From Alphaproteobacteria bacterium (GTDB taxonomy: Bacteria > Pseudomonadota > Alphaproteobacteria > UBA9219): a DNA stretch of 64,000 nucleotides. The translations under genes were made by a program, and so were the position numbers. How positions within the stretch are numbered: the first letter of the stretch is position 1; the number at the start of each line of letters is the position of its first letter. Below are positions 56,507 to 64,000 of the stretch, one piece after another. The notes under the pieces were generated by a model. It worked only from the letters and a program-made list of their open reading frames with translations, was not told where the DNA came from and did no database searches. The stretch is taken from positions 9,153 through 73,152 of the forward strand of contig JABDAH010000004.1 of NCBI GenBank assembly GCA_013289265.1. Direction: 5' to 3'.

Positions 56507-57880
56507 CTAAGCGGCAATATTGGTTCTTATTTGTCCCAACCAATCCCCAAAATCCTTCTTACCACGCACGGTATAAGCCAGTTTGCGGTCGCGACCGCCT
56601 TGCTTGCCTTTGAAGGTTTCAGTGATTTCCGGGAACAGGCCAAAATTCACATTCATCGGCTGAAAGGTTTCGGCTGAAGCATTGCCGGTAATGTGCGCGA
56701 GCAAGGCGCCAAGCGATGTCGTGCGTGGCGGTGATGCAAGCGTTTCATTCTTGCGGTCGGCTGCGGCAAAGATCCCCGCCAGCAATCCGATGCCGGCGGA
56801 TTCGATATAGCCTTCGACGCCTGTGATTTGTCCCGCGAAGCGAATACCGGGGCGCAACTTCAGGCGCAGCCGGTCATCCAGCAGCAACGGGCTGTTGATA
56901 AAAGTATTGCGGTGCAAGCCGCCTAAGCGCGCGAATTCGGCGTTCTCCAAGCCGGGGATCATGCGCAGCACGCGCGTCTGTTCGGCATATTTTAATTTGG
57001 TCTGGAAGCCGACCATGTTGTAGAGCGTTCCTAATGCATTATCCTGACGCAACTGCATCACGGCGTAAGGACGCCGGTTGTCATGCGGATTGGTGAGGCC
57101 GACTGGCTTCATCGGGCCGTAGCGCAAAGTATCAACGCCGCGTTCGGCCATCACTTCGATCGGCAGGCAGCCTTCAAAATAGGGCGTGTTTTTTTCCCAT
57201 TCCTTGAAATCCGTTTTTGGCGCGACCAGTAATTCGCGGATGAAATTCTCATACTGTTCCTTATCCATCGCGCAATTGATGTAGTCGGAGCCGGTACCGC
57301 CGGGGCCCACCTTGTCATAGCGCGACTGCATCCATGCTTTGCTCATATCGATACTGTCACGGTGTACGATAGGGGCTATGGCGTCAAAGAAGGCCAGCGA
57401 CTCTTGTCCCGTTAAGGCGCGGATGGATTGCGCCAAAGGTTCCGATGTCAGTGGCCCGGTGGCGATAATCACCTGATCCATCTCACCGGTCGTTTCCGGC
57501 AGGCTCGGCAGTTCTTCACGTTTGATCGTGATGAGAGGATGGGTAGAAAGCGCTTCCGTCACGGCTGCAGAAAAACCGTGGCGATCAACGGCAAGCGCAC
57601 CGCCTGCTGGAACTTGGTTGGCATCTGCCGCCCGCATGATCAGCGAATTGCAGCGCCGCATTTCATCATGCAAAAGGCCAACAGCATTATATTCACTGTC
57701 GTCAGAACGAAAGGAGTTGGAACAAACCAGCTCCGCGCAACTATCGGTTTGGTGCGCATCGGTTGCGCGCACGGGGCGCATTTCGCGCAACACCACCGGC
57801 ACGCCTGCTTGCGCCAACTGCCATGATGCTTCGCTGCCTGCTAAGCCGCCGCCAATAACATGAACGGCTTTCAGGCTCAT
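56507..57880 (-). CDS. trmFO: Methylenetetrahydrofolate-tRNA-(uracil54-C5)-methyltransferase TrmFO
   Basis: 457 aa with the FAD motif [11 protein letters not shown] and the conserved ELVCSNSFR. Confidence 0.95.
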   Translation of the reverse strand: MSLKAVHVIGGGLAGSEASWQLAQAGVPVVLREMRPVRATDAHQTDSCAELVCSNSFRSDDSEYNAVGLLHDEMRRCNSLIMRAADANQVPAGGALAVDRHGFSAAVTEALSTHPLITIKREELPSLPETTGEMDQVIIATGPLTSEPLAQSIRALTGQESLAFFDAIAPIVHRDSIDMSKAWMQSRYDKVGPGGTGSDYINCAMDKEQYENFIRELLVAPKTDFKEWEKNTPYFEGCLPIEVMAERGVDTLRYGPMKPVGLTNPHDNRRPYAVMQLRQDNALGTLYNMVGFQTKLKYAEQTRVLRMIPGLENAEFARLGGLHRNTFINSPLLLDDRLRLKLRPGIRFAGQITGVEGYIESAGIGLLAGIFAAADRKNETLASPPRTTSLGALLAHITGNASAETFQPMNVNFGLFPEITETFKGKQGGRDRKLAYTVRGKKDFGDWLGQIRTNIAA

Positions 57881-58440
57881 TTCTTGTCTTTGACGTCGGC
57901 AGCTACCTGCATTTTCACGATCTTGGTTGGGTCATCGACATGGCCATTATCGCTCTGGTCGCCCATCTTGATCTTATCGACAAACTCCATGCCGGAAGTC
58001 ACTTGACCCCAGATGGTATATTGCCCGTCAAGGAAAGGAGCGGGCGCAAAGCAGATGAAGAACTGGCTGTCGCCCGAATCTGGGCTTGCTGCGCGTGCCA
58101 TCGAAACAGTGCCGCGCAGATGTTTTTCTTTCGAGAATTCGGCTTTCAGCTTCTTGCCGCTGCCGCCGGTGCCATCACCGCGCGGGTCGCCGGTCTGGGC
58201 CATAAAGCCGGGAATGACACGGTGAAAGTTCAGCCCGTCATAGAAACCCTGGCGTGTCAGTTCCTTGATGCGCGCGACATGCAGCGGCGCAAGGTCGGGG
58301 CGCAGTTTGATCACCACGCGACCGGCGGGCAGGTCCAGATAAAGGGTGTTTTCAGGGTCGAGAGCGGGCTCAGCTTTGGTTGACATGGGGAGAACTCCTA
58401 GGAATGCGACGAGGCATAAGGCGATAAAGCGTTTCAACAT
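57877..58440 (-). CDS. Periplasmic cyclophilin-type peptidyl-prolyl isomerase
   Basis: 187 aa with a signal peptide and [15 protein letters not shown]. Confidence 0.9.
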   Translation of the reverse strand: MLKRFIALCLVAFLGVLPMSTKAEPALDPENTLYLDLPAGRVVIKLRPDLAPLHVARIKELTRQGFYDGLNFHRVIPGFMAQTGDPRGDGTGGSGKKLKAEFSKEKHLRGTVSMARAASPDSGDSQFFICFAPAPFLDGQYTIWGQVTSGMEFVDKIKMGDQSDNGHVDDPTKIVKMQVAADVKDKK

Positions 58441-58511
58441 TGCGTCATAACCTTTGGTTGCGGTGATCTGATCGTTAATATAGTAAGGTTGAAAGCAGGG
58501 GAACAGAAAAA

Positions 58512-59048
58512 ATGCAGCGACGCGGCTTATTATTGGACCGGGACGGCGTTATTAACGTCGATCACGGCTATGTCGGTAAACAGGAGCAGTTTTCTTTCCT
58601 GCCGGGCCTGTTTTCCTTCCTGCGGGCAGCCCGGGACAGGGGCTTTTATCTGGCTATATTAACTAACCAGTCAGGTGTGGCGCGTGGCCTTTATTCCGAA
58701 GCGGATTACAACGCTTTAACGAAATGGATGCTGCGGCAGCTAGCCAAGGAAGGTATCCAGATCGACCTTACCCTTGCCTGTTTTGAGCATACGGAAGGCA
58801 GCATCGATACTTACCGGCGGGAGAGTTACTGGCGGAAGCCAAGCCCCGGTATGGTTTTGGAAGCAATTCAGAAATTACAGCTTGATCCGGCGCGTTCTGT
58901 TTTTCTGGGCGACCAGCTACGCGATATGGAAGCAGCGCAAGCGGGAGGGGTCGGTAAGTGTTTGTGGCTGACGGAAAAGCCCGAACAGCCACCGAAAGGT
59001 ATCATGATTGTGAATAATTACGATCAGGCATTGCAGGCAATGTCCTAA
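58512..59048 (+). CDS. gmhB: D,D-heptose 1,7-bisphosphate phosphatase (HAD-IIIA, GmhB-like)
   Basis: 178 aa with HAD motif I LLDRDGVIN, motif II ILTNQSG and WRKPSPGM. Confidence 0.78.
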   Translation: MQRRGLLLDRDGVINVDHGYVGKQEQFSFLPGLFSFLRAARDRGFYLAILTNQSGVARGLYSEADYNALTKWMLRQLAKEGIQIDLTLACFEHTEGSIDTYRRESYWRKPSPGMVLEAIQKLQLDPARSVFLGDQLRDMEAAQAGGVGKCLWLTEKPEQPPKGIMIVNNYDQALQAMS

Positions 59049-61318
59049 TACTGCCTAAACTGTGGTTGGAAACCGCCCATGGCTGCGCCGTCGGTATGGA
59101 TGCCACCGACATTTTTCAGGAAAAAATGAAAGATCACAGAAGTGCCTGAGCTGATATCGGCGCGTTGCGTGTCGTCATGGTTGGCGCCGATACCAAACAC
59201 AAAACATTCATCCGCATAGGTAAGGGTGACGTTCGTGCCGCGCGCGCCGGGTTGCGGTTGGAATTCCTGCGTGTGGCTGCCATACAATGTCCAGTATTTC
59301 GCAAAGTTGGAGGAAAAGCCGAGTGTTGCTTCTTCAAGCTCGTCAATAATGCCTGTGGTTTCTGTTTGATAGGCTGAAATATAGCGGACATAGGGACGGA
59401 AAACAGGAGCGCCGACGGAAACCAAAGCGTCTTGCCGTTCAGGCGTCAGTGTATCGTGGTTTAGGCGGAAACCGTAATTGGCATTGATCCATTCAGCAGG
59501 CAGAAAATCAACGCGACCGACATAATCCGATGAATGTTGTTGCAGGCCGGACTGCTGAGGGAACAGGCTATTGTCTGTGAAGTCGTAACTCTGGCCCCCG
59601 AACATATCAACGCGCGCGCCGTTATTCAGGGTCACAGCATGGCGCAGGCCATAAGTCGCACGGCTACCGCCTTCGATCAGATCTGTTCCGGTAAAACGGT
59701 TGGGAGAAAACAGATTGGTTTCATCAAATTCAACATCAAGACTATCTTCGATCGGCTGGCGCGGATCGGCTTTGACGACGGGCGCCGCTGTTAAGGCAAC
59801 GATAGGTTCCAGTAATTGCTGGTAACCGTCACCACTGCGACCCATGGGATAACGCGCGACGACATTGGCTTGTTCGAACTGTCGCGCCAGCAAAACATTA
59901 TTATAAGTTGAACTGGTGCCTTGGGAATTCTGCACATTGTCGGCCCAGTAAGTATCGCCGCGTAGCAGAGCAGACGGCGTTATAACAAAACCTGTATTTG
60001 ATGTGAATTGCCGTTCCCAACCGCCGTTTAACGAAAAACGGCGCGTATTGGGGCCTTGCTGAAGGGGGTTTTGATTGGAATTGTCGCGGTTAGTTGCGAG
60101 CAAGCCACCGCCTAGTGACCAGCGCCCGCCCCATGTCTTGCCCGGCTCACCTAAGGCGCTGAATGTTGCTTCGGGTAGTACCAAAGGCTGAACCGGTTGG
60201 GTGCCAGGGCGCAAATCTTCAAAATAATACATGTTGGTAACGGCGTAATCGCGACCCTTAAAGCCTTCGACAAAAGCGCGGTTGGTTAATTGATCAGCGG
60301 AGGACAGGCGGTAGCGTTGCAAATAGCTTTTATCCGATGTGAAGGCGACATCGGTTCCGGCGCGCCACATATTATCTATGTTATATAGAAAATCGCCGAT
60401 TAAATGTCCGCGCCATTGCTGGCCTTCGTCGACGCCAGCATCGCTGATGAGATCGGCTCTGGTAAAGCTGCCGTTAAAATCCATACTGCCTTTGGCAAAG
60501 CGACGGCGATATTCACCGCCCATCTGTGCGCCGTCTTTTTCGCTGAATGTCGGCGCAAAAGTCGCGTCTTCATTGGGACCAATATCAAAGTAATAAGGAA
60601 CGCGCGCAAAGGCTCCAAGCTGCGGAGATATGCCAGGCATCGGCGTCAGAAAACCTTGCCTCCTGTCAACGGTGGGATCGGGCGAGGAGAAATACGGCGT
60701 ATATAAAACAGGGATGCCGGCGAAGTTAATGGTCGCATTGTGATAATAAATTTCATGCTCTTCATTATCATGAACAATTTTCTGGCCGCGCAATTCCCAT
60801 AGCGGCGGATTATTGGGATCTTCCTTACAAACATTACAGGCTGTGAATGTGCCCTTATCGGCGACAAGGTAACGCCCATCATAGCGTTGCGCCTGCTTGG
60901 CGGCAAAACGCGAATTGTCCGGAAAAAGGATGCCGACATTTTCAGCAAAGGCCTGTTTCATATCGCCGGTGATTTCTTCCCGATCAGCAAACTCGACTTC
61001 GCCTGAAGGGTCCAGCAGAGCGACATGGCCTTCGGCATGCATAACGCCTGTCTTTTGATTGTAGGTGACTTTGTCGGCATGAAGGATGTAATCACTGCGC
61101 GAAATTTCGACCTTGCCCGTCGCTGTTACAATACCGGCATCCTGATCCGACGACATATGCTGCGCCGTGATCAGTGTTTCGTTTTTGCGTTCAGTTGGTG
61201 CCGGTTTTTTCTGCTCGGCATGCACAGGTTGTACTCCAAGCATACACACAACCAACCCTGCAACTATTTGAAGCAGGGCATTTCTAATAGATTCCTTATG
61301 AAGCTGAAGCATACGCAT
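59045..61318 (-). CDS. lptD: LPS assembly outer-membrane protein LptD
   Basis: 757 aa with a signal peptide, an OstA-like N-terminal domain (ITAQHMSSDQDAGIVTATGKVEI) and a large beta-barrel region. Confidence 0.93.
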   Translation of the reverse strand: MRMLQLHKESIRNALLQIVAGLVVCMLGVQPVHAEQKKPAPTERKNETLITAQHMSSDQDAGIVTATGKVEISRSDYILHADKVTYNQKTGVMHAEGHVALLDPSGEVEFADREEITGDMKQAFAENVGILFPDNSRFAAKQAQRYDGRYLVADKGTFTACNVCKEDPNNPPLWELRGQKIVHDNEEHEIYYHNATINFAGIPVLYTPYFSSPDPTVDRRQGFLTPMPGISPQLGAFARVPYYFDIGPNEDATFAPTFSEKDGAQMGGEYRRRFAKGSMDFNGSFTRADLISDAGVDEGQQWRGHLIGDFLYNIDNMWRAGTDVAFTSDKSYLQRYRLSSADQLTNRAFVEGFKGRDYAVTNMYYFEDLRPGTQPVQPLVLPEATFSALGEPGKTWGGRWSLGGGLLATNRDNSNQNPLQQGPNTRRFSLNGGWERQFTSNTGFVITPSALLRGDTYWADNVQNSQGTSSTYNNVLLARQFEQANVVARYPMGRSGDGYQQLLEPIVALTAAPVVKADPRQPIEDSLDVEFDETNLFSPNRFTGTDLIEGGSRATYGLRHAVTLNNGARVDMFGGQSYDFTDNSLFPQQSGLQQHSSDYVGRVDFLPAEWINANYGFRLNHDTLTPERQDALVSVGAPVFRPYVRYISAYQTETTGIIDELEEATLGFSSNFAKYWTLYGSHTQEFQPQPGARGTNVTLTYADECFVFGIGANHDDTQRADISSGTSVIFHFFLKNVGGIHTDGAAMGGFQPQFRQY

Positions 61319-61395
61319 ATATCAGGATTGCCAGAGCAATCGACTCCCGACAAGGAAGATATTCTTGGTTAAATAACATTTTTTAGGCGATTCGT

Positions 61396-62400
61396 ATGGC
61401 CTCCAATGATAATGGCAAGCTCACAAGCTGCTTTTGCGCGGCGGCTTCAGAAATATGGAGACGACCTTTATCCCATATAACCTTGAATGCGGTTACGGAT
61501 ATTTGTGTTTGCTCGGGGTTGGGCTTAACTCTTGCCACCTGGAATAGCCCCGGAGACCTTGGCTCCGCCCTGCATTTGATCAATGGTCTAGGTATTGGTG
61601 CATATTTTGGCATCAGATGGTGGGCAGAAAATAATAAAGCCCAAAACTCTGCGACTTGTTCATGGGCACCCAAAGCTCCGTTGATTGCACAGATAGGTTT
61701 TCAAGCCGCTGCATTGGTAGCTACTTGGCATTACAAAGGTGAAATGATGAACCCTTTAGATATGTTCATCATTTATGGCAGCAGTTTCGCCAGCAATTTA
61801 GCGGCATTTTTTGATAGGGGACAGTCGGGGCAAGCCGTTTCTTCGGAGCGCTTGCGGCTTTCGGCAATTCTAAAAAATACGAGAAGAGCTCTCCTGCTTT
61901 TATTTAAAAATACCTATTTTTATTTAGGTATAAGTCTTTCTTACGCAGGGCATGTTTGGGGTGGACATTCTGTGCCCGTCTCTTCGCAAGCTTTGGGCAT
62001 AATTGCCGAAAGTATGTATTTAGTGGCTGTTGCAAAAACGATGCTAAAGGCAATTCCTGAGATAAAACGCGTTTTTACCGATACTAAAAATTTAGATAGT
62101 CAGCAATTAAACCACCCGGGAAAAAATGCTTTTTTACAATTGATGGATGATAAGGATGCCCCCATTTTGTTACTGGCTGCTGGTTGCGCTTGCGCGGCCG
62201 CCGAAAATTATTTGCAGCACAACACTTTTAAAGGTGTTGGAATGTTATTTTATTCTGCCGCATGCTTAAGTTTTTATGCATACAGGAAATGGGGCGGGGT
62301 TGCAGAGTTGGTAGATGTAGTGGTTGAGAAGGTCAATCAGCCAAAACGTTCTGCACTTGTCGCGCCTTCGGCTTTCAATAACAAACCGCCTATTGGCTAA
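61396..62400 (+). CDS. Hypothetical membrane protein (ORFan-like, AT-richer)
   Basis: 334 aa with several hydrophobic segments and no recognisable motif. Its 3' end overlaps the convergent helicase gene by 4 nt. Confidence 0.5.
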   Translation: MASNDNGKLTSCFCAAASEIWRRPLSHITLNAVTDICVCSGLGLTLATWNSPGDLGSALHLINGLGIGAYFGIRWWAENNKAQNSATCSWAPKAPLIAQIGFQAAALVATWHYKGEMMNPLDMFIIYGSSFASNLAAFFDRGQSGQAVSSERLRLSAILKNTRRALLLLFKNTYFYLGISLSYAGHVWGGHSVPVSSQALGIIAESMYLVAVAKTMLKAIPEIKRVFTDTKNLDSQQLNHPGKNAFLQLMDDKDAPILLLAAGCACAAAENYLQHNTFKGVGMLFYSAACLSFYAYRKWGGVAELVDVVVEKVNQPKRSALVAPSAFNNKPPIG

Positions 62401-63830
62401 CTGCTTTTCCCGGTTGTGACCGGGCGGCGCAGGAAGGCTGGCAGCTGGTTGACATCATGATCATCGTCAGCCTGCTGTCGTGCAGCTGGTTGTGCTTTAA
62501 CGACAGGTTGCTGCTGCGACGGGTTATATGAAATCGGGGCCACGGTTTCGTTTCTTGGCGGCTGCTCTGCTGGCCTGTTTTGCTGCTGATGGCGTGGTGG
62601 CCGGCGATCACGGTTTTGATTTCCCTGATGGCGGTTGCCGCGTGGCGGGTGACGGGAATCACCGCCGCTGCTTTGACGTACTCTCGGATCAGGTTCAGGC
62701 AGATCCGCCAGCACTTCGCATTCGATCTTCTTATTAATCAGCGTTTCGATCGCAGTGATGTTCTTGGCATCTTCCGGGGTTACCAGTGTATAGGCGGTAC
62801 CGCTGCGTCCGGCGCGGCCTGTGCGGCCAATACGGTGGACGTAATCATCGGCATGGAACGGCACGTCAAAGTTGAACACGTGGCTCATTGCTTCGACATC
62901 AAGGCCGCGGGCAGCGACATCACTGCAAACCAGAATGGTAACTTCGTTGCGTTTAAATTTATCCAGCGTCGCTGTGCGTTCCGACTGTTCCATATCGCCG
63001 TGCAGTGCACCTGCGTTGAAACCGTGCTTCAGCAACGATTTATGTAACATCGCCACATCGCGTTTGCGGTTACAGAAGATAAAGGCGTTCTGAACATTCT
63101 CGCGTTTCAGCAATAGCCGCAGAGCTTCGCGTTTCTGCCAATCATTATCGCTCGGCAGATTGATGAAAACCTGACGCACATTGATTGATGTCGATGCCGG
63201 AGGCGACACGGTCACCGTCTTCGGGTTCTTCAGGAAACGGTCCGCCAGTTTGCGGATTTCCGGTGGCATGGTGGCCGAGAAGAATAGTGTCTGGCGCAGT
63301 GGCGGTAAAATGCCGCCGATTTTCTCGACATCCGGGATAAAGCCCATATCCAGCATGCGATCAGCTTCGTCGATAACAAAAATCTTGATGTCGTTGAGCA
63401 TGATCTTGCCACGCTCATGCAAATCGATCATGCGGCCCGGTGTTGCGATCAAAACGTCGACGCCGCGATCCAGATTGCGGATCTGCTCATCCATCGTTGT
63501 GCCGCCGATGAGAAGGGCCATCGAAAGCTTGTGATATTTGCCATAAATTTCAAAATTTTCGGCAACCTGCGCCGCGAGTTCGCGCGTTGGCTCCAGAATA
63601 AGCGAGCGTGGCATGCGGGCGCGTGCCCGGCCTTTGCTGAGCATTTCCAGCATCGGCAGCACAAAGCTCGCGGTCTTGCCTGTGCCTGTCTGCGCGCAAC
63701 CCAAAAGGTCGCGCGTCATTAGCACGTAAGGAATGGCTTGTTCTTGTATGGGGGTAGGGGTTGTATATCCAACATCCTGTATCGCACGTAGGATGTCATC
63801 GCTCAGCCCTAAATCGGCAAATGTGGTCAC
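62397..63830 (-). CDS. rhlE: DEAD-box ATP-dependent RNA helicase (RhlE-like)
   Basis: 477 aa with the motifs AQTGTGKT, DEAD, SAT and HRIGRTGRAG, and a basic Arg/Gln/Pro-rich C-terminal tail. Confidence 0.92.
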   Translation of the reverse strand: MTTFADLGLSDDILRAIQDVGYTTPTPIQEQAIPYVLMTRDLLGCAQTGTGKTASFVLPMLEMLSKGRARARMPRSLILEPTRELAAQVAENFEIYGKYHKLSMALLIGGTTMDEQIRNLDRGVDVLIATPGRMIDLHERGKIMLNDIKIFVIDEADRMLDMGFIPDVEKIGGILPPLRQTLFFSATMPPEIRKLADRFLKNPKTVTVSPPASTSINVRQVFINLPSDNDWQKREALRLLLKRENVQNAFIFCNRKRDVAMLHKSLLKHGFNAGALHGDMEQSERTATLDKFKRNEVTILVCSDVAARGLDVEAMSHVFNFDVPFHADDYVHRIGRTGRAGRSGTAYTLVTPEDAKNITAIETLINKKIECEVLADLPEPDPRVRQSSGGDSRHPPRGNRHQGNQNRDRRPPRHQQQNRPAEQPPRNETVAPISYNPSQQQPVVKAQPAARQQADDDHDVNQLPAFLRRPVTTGKSS

Positions 63831-63938
63831 TTGTGTAAAAAACTCTGTTCGTTATGTTTGCCCTAAACCATTTTGGTCTTGTCCAGCGCAACCTACATAG
63901 CAGATTGAAGTGCTTGAAAGCAAATCGGAGTTAATTTG

Positions 63939-64000
63939 ATGCCATCCAGAGTGCCACTTCTGCTTCTCCCCGGTCTGTTATGTGACCGTGATCTTTGGCA
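63939..64000 (+). CDS. Start of an unidentified gene (possibly an alpha/beta hydrolase), truncated by the window end
   Basis: ATG at 63939 gives MPSRVPLLLLPGLLCDRDLW. The LLLPG...W pattern is common at the N-terminus of alpha/beta-fold hydrolases. Only 20 codons are visible. Confidence 0.3.
   Translation, partial: MPSRVPLLLLPGLLCDRDLW

Overview
This window looks like a core-chromosome segment of an alphaproteobacterium. The evidence is the coxB-coxA-ctaB-ctaG-coxC-SURF1-thrC-M16 peptidase block, trmFO, a DUF4167 gene and GTTC-N7-GTTC SOS boxes upstream of recA. Hand-counted samples give about 55% GC in housekeeping genes.

I can support about 70 tightly packed protein genes:
- Envelope: lpxK-waaA, GT4, an LpxH-like gene, lptD, gmhB, and a methyltransferase/GT2/GT4 glycan locus.
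- Respiration: the aa3 oxidase cluster.
- DNA metabolism: recA, uvrD, xseA, rnhB.
- Arginine and purine: argF, argD, purD, amn.
- A small flagellar block: the flhB-C-like gene through fliO and fliP, divergent from flgB-flgC-fliE.
- c-di-GMP proteins, three ABC systems and several AT-richer ORFans.

By eye I found no rRNA, tRNA, CRISPR array, transposase, integrase, phage gene or recognisable defence system. I cannot point to a convincing novel multi-gene system.

The most unusual signals are at the DNA level:
1. An ~80-nt double-hairpin palindromic element sits in frame inside prmA, resembling Rickettsia palindromic elements.
2. A ~187-nt nested palindrome predicted to fold as a four-way junction fills the purD/xseA divergent intergenic region.
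3. An EamA transporter gene is bracketed by a 29-nt direct repeat that re-encodes the smpB C-terminus, like a cassette or island scar.
4. All 12 convergent gene junctions have 8 nt of spacer or less, or overlap, leaving no room for terminators.
5. Five AT-richer genes (a VanX-like dipeptidase, three ORFans and the EamA transporter) are wedged against housekeeping genes.

All calls come from reading the translations and the sequence. No database search was run.
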